Shown: in pieces, positions 20,158-28,829 of the stretch
Position numbering within the stretch: the first letter of the stretch is position 1
How the letters are laid out: the number at the start of each line of letters is the position of its first letter
DNA from: a virus
Lineage: Duplodnaviria; Caudoviricetes
Direction: 5' to 3' (one strand)
IMG/VR virus record: IMGVR_UViG_3300025012_000029
Coordinates: 128,001-192,000 of that record
DNA: 64,000 nucleotides
Position numbers and translations under genes: made by a program
The notes under the pieces: model-generated
Told to the model about the DNA's origin: nothing
Seen by the model: only the letters and a program-made list of their open reading frames with translations
The model's database searches: none

Positions 20158-20811
20158 CTAAAATTGTATCCTTTTTCCGCCCGGGCCGGCGTGAGGATAA
20201 TCCAAGCGATATTTATAATACCACAAATATTTGCTCTTGTAAAACTCATTTTCTTCTATCATTCCTTGATTTATTTCATCTGGTTCGAATGGAAGTTTGT
20301 GAGTATTCCATACCTCCCTGGTGTCAGTGCAAACACTTTTACCATTGTCGCTTATCACAAATACAATAGGCAAAAAATGATTTTTCGCATAAGTATATGC
20401 TTCATAAAACCCACCACAAGTAGCAGACATTTCTCCTGCGAAACAATAAACTTTATTATTATCACCCCTTCTTTTTATATCTAACGCTATTCCTAGCGCA
20501 ATAGGAAAAATGCCTGCTACTATGGCAGATGTAAAAACTTTATGCTCTTTATTACACAACTCGATTGACCGTCCGTCAAGAATATCTTGTTTTGCTTTTT
20601 CAGGTGGAACACCTTTCAATAGCGTTTCTGCATGAAAACGCCAAGTTCCACAAACCCAATCTTCTTCGTTTATTTCTTCAAACATCTTTATCAATATCTC
20701 AAAATTATTTGACTGAAGATGTATGGGCGCTCTAATCATTTTGTTATTGAAACATTGAGCTATGTCTTCTTCAAAAGCAATTAACTGTTCGGCTGTCATT
20801 AAGTTTTTCAT
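20158..20811 (-). CDS. ThDP-dependent E1 alpha-like subunit
   Basis: CGTWRFH, SAIVAG, GEMS...G.FYE...N. Confidence 0.85.
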   Translation of the reverse strand: MKNLMTAEQLIAFEEDIAQCFNNKMIRAPIHLQSNNFEILIKMFEEINEEDWVCGTWRFHAETLLKGVPPEKAKQDILDGRSIELCNKEHKVFTSAIVAGIFPIALGIALDIKRRGDNNKVYCFAGEMSATCGGFYEAYTYAKNHFLPIVFVISDNGKSVCTDTREVWNTHKLPFEPDEINQGMIEENEFYKSKYLWYYKYRLDYPHAGPGGKRIQF

Positions 20812-22350
20812 TTAATCTCCAAGCAAACGCCTTTTTAGTTTTATCTGTGTTGATGCTTTAATGTTGTCGGTGCAAACTTTCCCAAACTTCTTTTCCATCA
20901 TTTGAAGGTAAACAGAATTTGTAAAATATCTAGTCCAACAATCATCACGGGCTTGCAGAATTTCTGCTGCTGATAATGTATCAGTTGGAAGATTTTGAGT
21001 GTAATATGAATGTTGTGAATAACCAGCATACCGATCAGGCAATATAACTTTATTTTTTCTTGCTTCTAAATATAATGGACTTCCAGGAAGTGCCATTGCC
21101 GAATAGATATTCATAAACTCTGTTAGATTATTCATCATAAACTCAACAGTATTTTGGATACTTTCTTTTGTGTCTTTTGGAAGTCCAAAAATGTAGTTTG
21201 CTCCTATATTTATTCCGGCATTTCTCATCATACTAAATAAGTTATCTATTTTTACTTCTTTGAATCCTCCCTTATGAACTTCTTTACGGAGAACTTGATT
21301 TGGATTCTCAACGCCTATTCCTAACCAGTTTATTCCTGCTTTTTTCATTCTATCAAGATATTCAGGCTTGCAAGTATCAACCCTAGAATAACACCAAATA
21401 TTGAAGTCATATTTTCGCTCTATTATCAAATCACATATTTTCAGAAAGTGCTTTGGATTATAGACAAAAAGTTCATCTGCTATTTTAACATTCTTTACGC
21501 CCATTTGCGCGATAATATCAAACTGTTTAATAATGAACTCTGGATCCCAATAGCGAAAAATATTGCTATCAGCGGCTGAAATATGAAGTGCATTGTCAGT
21601 CCTATTCAGAATATTTATCATACAATAGCTACATTTATATGGGCAACCAAGAGAAGTATAAAGAGATGCAAATGGAGTTTTTATTGTGTTATTTGACCAA
21701 CTGTGCCAGCCTGAGGTTTTAAAATATTTAATATTTGGCATTAAATCCCAAGCAATTCCTGGCAAATCTCTCGCGAGAAAATCTTTTGGAACAATTCTTT
21801 CTGGTTCGTTTATTATTGATAATCCTTCTTTTGTTTTAAAACCAATACCTTTTATTTTTAGAAGATCGTGATTATCGTCAACATTGCATTTCAATAAATT
21901 ATGAAGAGCATAAACACCTTCATTCGTGCACACAATATCAACGCAACCTTCATTAAGAGTTTCCCTAGGAACGGCTGAAACATGTGGACCTACAAAAATA
22001 ATTTTTGAATTAGGATTAAGCTCTTTGACTTTTTTTGCAGTTGCAATATTTCCTTCCATTGATTGAGTAGAAGCATTAGGATTGGCACCAAAAACAACAA
22101 AGCAAATTAAACGGGAATTTCTAGAAACAATTTCTTTTGCAGAATTGTTAGTTGTTAAATGTTCTGCTTCGCAATCTAATATTTGTGAAGAAAAACCTTT
22201 ACTTTTGCAACTGTTTGCTAACATACCAGCCCAAATATTAGGCTCTATTGCGCTATGTTCATTAGCAAGTTCTTGATAATTGATTTCCAAACTATTACTG
22301 TGCACAAAAAGTATGTCTAAATTTTTACTCATCTTTGATTTTCCTTCCAT
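20812..22350 (-). CDS. Cobalamin-binding radical SAM protein
   Basis: N-terminal B12-binding domain (VGPH, NEG); SLGCPYKCSYC CxxxCxxC. Confidence 0.9.
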   Translation of the reverse strand: MEGKSKMSKNLDILFVHSNSLEINYQELANEHSAIEPNIWAGMLANSCKSKGFSSQILDCEAEHLTTNNSAKEIVSRNSRLICFVVFGANPNASTQSMEGNIATAKKVKELNPNSKIIFVGPHVSAVPRETLNEGCVDIVCTNEGVYALHNLLKCNVDDNHDLLKIKGIGFKTKEGLSIINEPERIVPKDFLARDLPGIAWDLMPNIKYFKTSGWHSWSNNTIKTPFASLYTSLGCPYKCSYCMINILNRTDNALHISAADSNIFRYWDPEFIIKQFDIIAQMGVKNVKIADELFVYNPKHFLKICDLIIERKYDFNIWCYSRVDTCKPEYLDRMKKAGINWLGIGVENPNQVLRKEVHKGGFKEVKIDNLFSMMRNAGINIGANYIFGLPKDTKESIQNTVEFMMNNLTEFMNIYSAMALPGSPLYLEARKNKVILPDRYAGYSQHSYYTQNLPTDTLSAAEILQARDDCWTRYFTNSVYLQMMEKKFGKVCTDNIKASTQIKLKRRLLGD

Positions 22351-22424
22351 GTTATATTTCTTACTATTCTAGAAACTGTATTTCTAGTAGTGCTCTGTCT
22401 TCTGTTTCAGACATACATTCTTTA

Positions 22425-22470
22425 GTGAACTACCCACCCACGCCAAAGCGATGAATGGGTTTTACGGCAC
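22425..22470 (-). mobile_element. Solo IS200/IS605 end (fused right-end/left-end hairpin)
   Basis: agtgaactacccac identical to 49491-49504; 22433-22470 matches 50807-50844 at 34/38 nt. Confidence 0.75.
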
Positions 22471-22543
22471 ATCCTATAAAGAATTCTAAAAACTCTTGCT
22501 GCATAAAACGTCCAATATCAATAATTTTATTTAGAGAAATTTT

Positions 22544-23143
22544 TTATTCTTCGAACATTATTGCATACCACGGTGGCATTTTCGTTTTTTTATTTTTTAA
22601 AAAATATTTCCATATTGTTGCAACAGTTCTGTGTGTTCCATCAACTATTTGATATTGTCCATCTTTACGTTTCATCCAAATACATCGATGATAATCTATA
22701 CTAGGATTAAAATCAATCATCCAATTCGTGTCTAAAGAAACGCTTGGTAATGTTTTCATTCTACGATTTACTTCACGCACTGAACCTTTATCTTTCACCA
22801 CTCCTTTGATTTTGACCTTCTTATTGTTAAGAAATGCTCGTTTGTATTCTTTAGCAAGTCTATACAGTGGTACGTTATTCCACACTGATAATACATTTAC
22901 AATGTCTTTTTTTTCCAATTTTACTAGCGCGAATGATTTATTTTCAATAAAATCAAATAACCATTTACGATTTTTAGTCTCTTTTAAAAAGATTTTTCGC
23001 AATTCGTTTTCTTTATTATCAATAAAATTGGGAGATTTAATAATAGACGCAGAAAGAAATTTCTCAACATCCTGACATGCATGATCTCCCTTCAAAATAC
23101 ACCATATTGGAATATTTTGATTAATGTAATTAATGATTTCCAT
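22544..23143 (-). CDS. Hypothetical protein with ParB/Srx-like motif
   Basis: YQIVDGTHR motif. Confidence 0.55.
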   Translation of the reverse strand: MEIINYINQNIPIWCILKGDHACQDVEKFLSASIIKSPNFIDNKENELRKIFLKETKNRKWLFDFIENKSFALVKLEKKDIVNVLSVWNNVPLYRLAKEYKRAFLNNKKVKIKGVVKDKGSVREVNRRMKTLPSVSLDTNWMIDFNPSIDYHRCIWMKRKDGQYQIVDGTHRTVATIWKYFLKNKKTKMPPWYAIMFEE

Positions 23144-23342
23144 ATTCTTTTTTTAAAAAAATATCTAAAGTGTCATATCCAAGAAGTTTTGATATCTGTT
23201 CAAGCTTGATTCTTGCCTGTTCGAGATGAACAAAATCGCCACACTCTATACATTGACAATAAACATTAAACCAATAATCAGCAGCTTTATCAATAGAAAA
23301 CGGAACATCCATATCCCAACCAATATCAATAATTTCGTGCAT
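23130..23342 (-). CDS. Hypothetical protein (CxxC)
   Basis: 70 aa ORF. Confidence 0.5.
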   Translation of the reverse strand: MHEIIDIGWDMDVPFSIDKAADYWFNVYCQCIECGDFVHLEQARIKLEQISKLLGYDTLDIFLKKEYGNH

Positions 23343-23352
23343 ACCTAAGACC

Positions 23353-23460
23353 CTACTCGCCTTCCATCATTCTGTCAAGCCAACTTTTTGTTTCTTGTTC
23401 ATAATACTTCGCTCTATAGTCCAAATCTAATATTAAAATGATAAGTGCTTTTTTACTCAT
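23353..23460 (-). pseudogene. 35-aa stub sharing the C-terminus of ORF 18624-18845
   Basis: LILDLDYRAKYYEQETKSW present in both, in frame. Confidence 0.5.
23380..23437. repeat. 58-bp direct repeat, copy 2
   Basis: Matches 18642-18699 with one mismatch. Confidence 0.9.
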
Positions 23461-23480
23461 TTCATTCCTTCCAAAAATAT

Positions 23481-23879
23481 CTAACCACATGAGAAACTTT
23501 CGCCGCATCCACAACAACGAGATGCGCTTTGGTTGATAAACTTAAACCCTGATCCCATTAATCCTTCTCTATAATCTAACACAACATTTTGAAGAAATAT
23601 AAAACTTTTTGGGTCTACTAAAACAGCTTTTCTGCTTTCATCTATCGGAATAACATGGTCGCCTTCTTCTAACGTTCCATCTTCAAGAAGATAACGATAT
23701 CCCGAACAACCTCCTGCTATCACTCCAACACGAATATATTGTCCTCTCTCTTCTTTTTCTTCAAGATATTTTACAAACTCTACCTTTGCCGCTTCTGTTA
23801 TTTGCAATGGTTGTTTTTCTTCAGAATTATCCATTTTTCTTCTTTCTTCTCCACCTATTATTTTTTCACTATAGCTCAA
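23481..23879 (-). CDS. iscA: A-type Fe-S carrier (IscA/ErpA/HesB family)
   Basis: GGCSGYRY and CGCGESF signature. Confidence 0.9.
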   Translation of the reverse strand: MSYSEKIIGGEERRKMDNSEEKQPLQITEAAKVEFVKYLEEKEERGQYIRVGVIAGGCSGYRYLLEDGTLEEGDHVIPIDESRKAVLVDPKSFIFLQNVVLDYREGLMGSGFKFINQSASRCCGCGESFSCG

Positions 23880-23880
23880 A

Positions 23881-24612
23881 TTATTCTACCTCAAATACGT
23901 GAGTTATCAAACACTCCCTATCTTCACACAAAATATGAATCCTAGATTTTTCACCGGAAGAAACGATATTTCCCCAATTGTTGCCATCTAAAGTAGATGA
24001 AATAACAGTCGTAGTTGTGTCTAGGTGTTCATAAATCAATTCCAATTCTTCATAATCATGAAAATTTGGATGTTGATTCAAAACTGGATTGCTTGAATAA
24101 TCCATACAGCTTCCTAAAGGAATATTATAAAAATCCTCATCTTGATGACTTAATCCTAGCGTATGTCCTATCTCTTGACACATAACAAGTCTTCTAAGTT
24201 CAGGTGTATTGTACTGCTGCATATTAAAATAAGTGTCATTCATTTTTACAATGCCTTGCGTAATATGTTCACCGCTAATCCAAATTTGGGCAATTCCAAG
24301 CCATCCTGTTTTTCCATACTTTGAATTACAAATCAAAATAGAACCAGCAGAAATCCTACAAGATCTTCCATTAAATAGCATTACAGTTGTATCCAATACG
24401 GAAGACAAACTCCAATCGTATGAGGCTTCATTTAAATATGGATCCCACGTAGTTGATACATTATCTCGTAAATTCAAAGTGAAAGGATTTGACGTTCTTG
24501 CCCAATGATATCCATTCCAAGAATGAAGTCCGGAAATAGAATTATTATAATCCGCTTCAAAATTACAAGACGACAAAAGCACTACAAACAAAAAACTAAA
24601 AATAAATTTCAT
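23881..24612 (-). CDS. Lipoprotein zinc metallopeptidase (matrixin-like)
   Basis: LSSC lipobox; QEIGHTLGLSH variant of HExxHxxGxxH; SCM Met-turn. Confidence 0.75.
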   Translation of the reverse strand: MKFIFSFLFVVLLSSCNFEADYNNSISGLHSWNGYHWARTSNPFTLNLRDNVSTTWDPYLNEASYDWSLSSVLDTTVMLFNGRSCRISAGSILICNSKYGKTGWLGIAQIWISGEHITQGIVKMNDTYFNMQQYNTPELRRLVMCQEIGHTLGLSHQDEDFYNIPLGSCMDYSSNPVLNQHPNFHDYEELELIYEHLDTTTTVISSTLDGNNWGNIVSSGEKSRIHILCEDRECLITHVFEVE

Positions 24613-24647
24613 TTTCTCTCCTATTTTTATATTTTACAGAAACCATT

Positions 24648-25727
24648 TTATACTATTATTCCTTCAACGTATTTTGCTATCGATAAACAGCAAGTAAGCC
24701 CAGGTGATTCTATTCCAATCAAGTTTATCATATTGCGGAAACCATTGTCAATTTCATTCTTGATTATAAAATCTTTTTTATTGCCCTCATTACCAGAAAG
24801 TCTTGGACGAATTCCACTATAATCAGGAAATATATCTTCATCGCCTAATTCAATATATTCATTGATAGATGAAAGAAAACTTTCTTTAAATCTTTCATCA
24901 ATATTGTAATCAACATCGTATACTCTATAAGCGTTTGGTCCAAAAGAAACAGAACCATCTAAATTAATTCGAGTATGTATTCCCAAACTATCAAAACGAG
25001 GCAATGGATAAATTAAATGATTAAGATTTTTAATTTTATTTGTTTTATAATAATCGCCTTTCCAGAATTCCAATCTATATTGGTTTGGAAAAAGCAAATT
25101 TGCTATTTTATCTGCCCAGAGCCCAGCACAATTAATTAGAATTTTAGATGTTAAATGAAAATCATCTATTCCAACTCGAAAAGTGCCACCTTCATAGCGA
25201 TCGTATTGAATGCTCCGAACATTACATCCGAATCCAACATATACGTTGTTTCTCTGTCCTATCTGTCTATTCAATTCATACATTAAAGCATGAGAGTCGA
25301 TTATGCCAGTAGACGGCACCCATACAGCGGTATTATACTTTATAGTATCAGGAATATTATCTTTCGCTATTGTTAACCCTTCAATGCCATTTCTCTTTCC
25401 GTTGGAAAGGATATCAATTAAATAACCTTCCTCTCCTTTTTGGCATATGATAAATTTTCCGCATTTCTTATGATGAATATTGTGCTCATGAGCAAAATCA
25501 TAAAGCATTTTATTGCCTTCAATACACAATTTTGATTTTAGACTATTTGCTTGGTAATAAATACCAGAATGAATTACTTCACTATTTCTACTTGAAGTAT
25601 GTTGACCAAAACTGTTTTCTTTTTCAACAATGATTACTTGTTTCCCAGAACGAGATAAGCGTTCAGCTATAGCAAGACCAATTACTCCAGCACCAATAAC
25701 AATAATTTCGGCATCAATAGTTGGCAT
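24648..25727 (-). CDS. FAD-dependent oxidoreductase, LhgO-like
   Basis: GAGVIG, SSRNSEVIHSG, YSGIRP, GIESPGLT. Confidence 0.9.
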   Translation of the reverse strand: MPTIDAEIIVIGAGVIGLAIAERLSRSGKQVIIVEKENSFGQHTSSRNSEVIHSGIYYQANSLKSKLCIEGNKMLYDFAHEHNIHHKKCGKFIICQKGEEGYLIDILSNGKRNGIEGLTIAKDNIPDTIKYNTAVWVPSTGIIDSHALMYELNRQIGQRNNVYVGFGCNVRSIQYDRYEGGTFRVGIDDFHLTSKILINCAGLWADKIANLLFPNQYRLEFWKGDYYKTNKIKNLNHLIYPLPRFDSLGIHTRINLDGSVSFGPNAYRVYDVDYNIDERFKESFLSSINEYIELGDEDIFPDYSGIRPRLSGNEGNKKDFIIKNEIDNGFRNMINLIGIESPGLTCCLSIAKYVEGIIV

Positions 25728-26658
25728 AGATTATAAAATCATCATTTAACATTTCGTACACAGTTTTGAGTTGTATAATGCCTTCATCTAGATCAGTACG
25801 GCAACTAAATCCTTTATCATAGAATTTTTGACTACTAATAATATAATTCCGACAATCAGGATCCTTTGTTATTTGTGCTTCAATAATTTCCAATGGAATA
25901 TGTTCAGAAATTTTTTGACAAAGCTGAAGTTTACTCATATTGAGTTTATCATTTCCAACGTTAAATACTTCATTTTTACACTTATCCCAATTATTTATGG
26001 CGAATATAAAAGCATTACACGCATCATCAATATGTATATAATTACGCATGTATGAGCCTTCATATACAATAAGAACTTTTTCTCTCATTGCCTTTAACAC
26101 AAGATTGTTCACAAGCAAATCAGTTCGCATCCTTGACGATGGACCAAACACTGTAGCAAGTCTCATCGAACAATGGTTCTCGACTTGCCGAATTGCTTCT
26201 TCGCCAGCGCATTTTGATTTTCCATAAACAGATATCGGATTAAGTGGATCTTTTTCTGTTATCGTTGAAGTCCCATCAGTAGTTCCATAACCAGAATTCG
26301 AATTTGGAACCAAAAGTAATTGATCTTTTGATTTGTTATTGGCAAGGAATTCATTAGCTCCGTGATGAATGTCCCACGCTTCTTGTGGACGTTTATCACA
26401 TAATGGAGCGCCGACTAAAGCAGCGAGAGAAATAATAACATCATGATTTTTTAATAAAAAACCAAGCAACTCTTTATCTCGTACATCACCTTTAACAAAA
26501 TTGAATCTATCATCATTTGCGTACTGAAGAAGAGAAGTTTTATCGTAAAGAAGTGAGTCTAGTGCTGTAACTTCACCGAATGGATAGTCCTGTTCTAAAA
26601 TTTTGCCAACTAGATTAGAACCAATATATCCCGCTGCTCCGGATATAAGATATCTCAT
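25714..26658 (-). CDS. NAD-dependent epimerase/dehydratase
   Basis: GAAGYIG, YGKSK, RLATVFG. Confidence 0.9.
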   Translation of the reverse strand: MRYLISGAAGYIGSNLVGKILEQDYPFGEVTALDSLLYDKTSLLQYANDDRFNFVKGDVRDKELLGFLLKNHDVIISLAALVGAPLCDKRPQEAWDIHHGANEFLANNKSKDQLLLVPNSNSGYGTTDGTSTITEKDPLNPISVYGKSKCAGEEAIRQVENHCSMRLATVFGPSSRMRTDLLVNNLVLKAMREKVLIVYEGSYMRNYIHIDDACNAFIFAINNWDKCKNEVFNVGNDKLNMSKLQLCQKISEHIPLEIIEAQITKDPDCRNYIISSQKFYDKGFSCRTDLDEGIIQLKTVYEMLNDDFIIYANY

Positions 26659-26661
26659 ATT

Positions 26662-27156
26662 TTATTCCTCACTATTCCAGCTTGGTTCCCAATCAGAATA
26701 TTCTGATGCCAAGCAATCAACTTTATGATCAATTCTTCCTTTGACTTGATATTCAATATTATTTTTAGCTCTATTTCTTACTCCATTCAAAGAATGTGAC
26801 AATAAAAGCTTACTTCCGTCTTTATTGCCTTTTCTTGCTTCACTTTCATTATACCAGATATGATTGTTATAGTGCGCAAGGATAATGATATTACGAATGA
26901 TGTCAGCATTGAGCGCTACTGGAATTTCATCTAAAAATAGATCAATATCATACATTATGTCCTTTATTTCTTGCGCGTACGCTGCTTTATGTTCAGGAAT
27001 TCTAACTTCTTTCAACTGATCTATCGACATCCTATCTATCAAGTCTGATAGCGATGGCAAATATCTCCTTTTCTTCTCTGTCATTTTTTCTCCTCGATTC
27101 CCATTACAACTACAACACACATATCCCATATGAATAGAACAATAATTGTGTAACAT
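26662..27156 (-). CDS. Hypothetical protein
   Basis: 164 aa ORF; LSDLIDRMSI segment; true start may be MTEKK. Confidence 0.65.
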   Translation of the reverse strand: MLHNYCSIHMGYVCCSCNGNRGEKMTEKKRRYLPSLSDLIDRMSIDQLKEVRIPEHKAAYAQEIKDIMYDIDLFLDEIPVALNADIIRNIIILAHYNNHIWYNESEARKGNKDGSKLLLSHSLNGVRNRAKNNIEYQVKGRIDHKVDCLASEYSDWEPSWNSEE

Positions 27157-27158
27157 TT

Positions 27159-28829
27159 TTATTCAACACTGTCAAAGTATTCTTTAAAGGTATTATAATT
27201 TGACTCTCCTATAACATCTTTAAATTCATGGAAAACATCACGTTCTTCGCGCCTTCGACGAAGCATTTTGTCTGGATCGGAACTTGTGCTTAATCCGTCT
27301 GGATTATAATAATAAAGTCCCAATATTTTATTAACCTTCTTAAAAAGAGAACCAGCTCTAACAGCTCGCAACCATAACTCCCAATCTCCAGCGTGTTTGA
27401 GTTTTTCATCCCATAGTCCCGCTTTATCGTGAATAGATTTACGATATAGAGGTAGGGGTCCGGGAAGACATTTGATCATATTTTCTCTGGAAAAATCCAT
27501 TCGAGAGTGTTCATACAATCTTCCTTTTGAAGAATTTTGTTCAACTGTTTCATTAGGTTTTGTCGTTTGAAGACAATCCCCATATACCAAATCGATTTCT
27601 GGATTCAACATTAAGTGTTTTGCTAGTGTTTCTAAATGATCGTTCGCCATCCTATCATCAGCCAACACACATGCTATAAATTCCCCGGACGCAAGTTTCG
27701 TTGCTTCATTAAATGCTTCCATTGGAGTTATTTGGGTGTTTTTTCTAATATATTTAATATTGTCTGTATGCACTTGTATATATTTCGAAATTATTGAGAC
27801 TTCATCATCTGGAGAATTGGCATCGATAATGATTAATTCAGAATCGTCTGATATTGTTTGTGCTACAAACGAATCCATAAAACCTTTAATATGTTCCTTT
27901 GCTTTATAGATTGTCGTAATAACTGAAACTTTGGGAAGTTTTACTGAATTAAATTTTTCCACTTCTTTATCTTTGATTACTTTCTCAAACAAATCAATTG
28001 TTTTTTCTTTTCTTCCGGCAATATATTCTAATAACTCTTCGCCCTTTAATTTGAAAAAATCTTCTGATGCGCATCCTAAAGCTTTGTTTGTTATTAATTT
28101 ACAACCTAGAATTCTAGCTTCAATCGCGACCCTACAAAATGTTTCAATCCATGTAGGAAAAAACACCAACGTTTCTGTTTTGGCAAGTTCATCAAAAAAT
28201 CTATCTTGATCACAAAATGGAATTAATTCATAATTTATTTTATTCTTTTTACAATATTGTATTGCTTCGGGCATGCCTTTATTTTTATTATTGGATTGGA
28301 TAATACCAACTTTTCTATTCTTCTTTTTTCCAATATTGTTGCGAAGGACTTCAACTGCTTCATCAGACCATATATTACATCCAATATTGACAATATTTTT
28401 GAGAAGAAGATTTTTCTCCATTATTTCAGCATGCATCTTGCTTTGACAAAAAACTGCTTTCGCTGATTTAAAAAATTGTTTATTCTGTATTTGATCTTCA
28501 GGAACAACAAGATTTGGAAATAATGCTGGGTTATTTGATTTGAATGCCTTCCAATCATTTTCAACTATCAAATAATTTATTTTTTCATTAATCAGTGTTT
28601 GTTTACTATCTTCTGGTAATAGCATAAAATTTGATATTATCCAAAAACAATCTTTATTGTCTTTTAGCAAGTTAGAAGTACATTCAACACTTTTAAGTTT
28701 TTCTAATTCGAATCCACGTTTCTGCAGAGACTTTATTTGTTCTTCTGCGCACAACTCGGCACCGCCACAGATTTCATTAGCAAAATAGTCAGCAACATAA
28801 ACAACTTTTTTAGTATTAATCATACGCAA
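27159..28829 (-). CDS. Two-domain glycosyltransferase (GT-B-like + GT2)
   Basis: ETFCRVAIEA (GT4 E-x7-E type); C-terminal VSVITTIY, IDANS, LADD, GDWELWLR. Confidence 0.85.
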   Translation of the reverse strand: MRMINTKKVVYVADYFANEICGGAELCAEEQIKSLQKRGFELEKLKSVECTSNLLKDNKDCFWIISNFMLLPEDSKQTLINEKINYLIVENDWKAFKSNNPALFPNLVVPEDQIQNKQFFKSAKAVFCQSKMHAEIMEKNLLLKNIVNIGCNIWSDEAVEVLRNNIGKKKNRKVGIIQSNNKNKGMPEAIQYCKKNKINYELIPFCDQDRFFDELAKTETLVFFPTWIETFCRVAIEARILGCKLITNKALGCASEDFFKLKGEELLEYIAGRKEKTIDLFEKVIKDKEVEKFNSVKLPKVSVITTIYKAKEHIKGFMDSFVAQTISDDSELIIIDANSPDDEVSIISKYIQVHTDNIKYIRKNTQITPMEAFNEATKLASGEFIACVLADDRMANDHLETLAKHLMLNPEIDLVYGDCLQTTKPNETVEQNSSKGRLYEHSRMDFSRENMIKCLPGPLPLYRKSIHDKAGLWDEKLKHAGDWELWLRAVRAGSLFKKVNKILGLYYYNPDGLSTSSDPDKMLRRRREERDVFHEFKDVIGESNYNTFKEYFDSVE

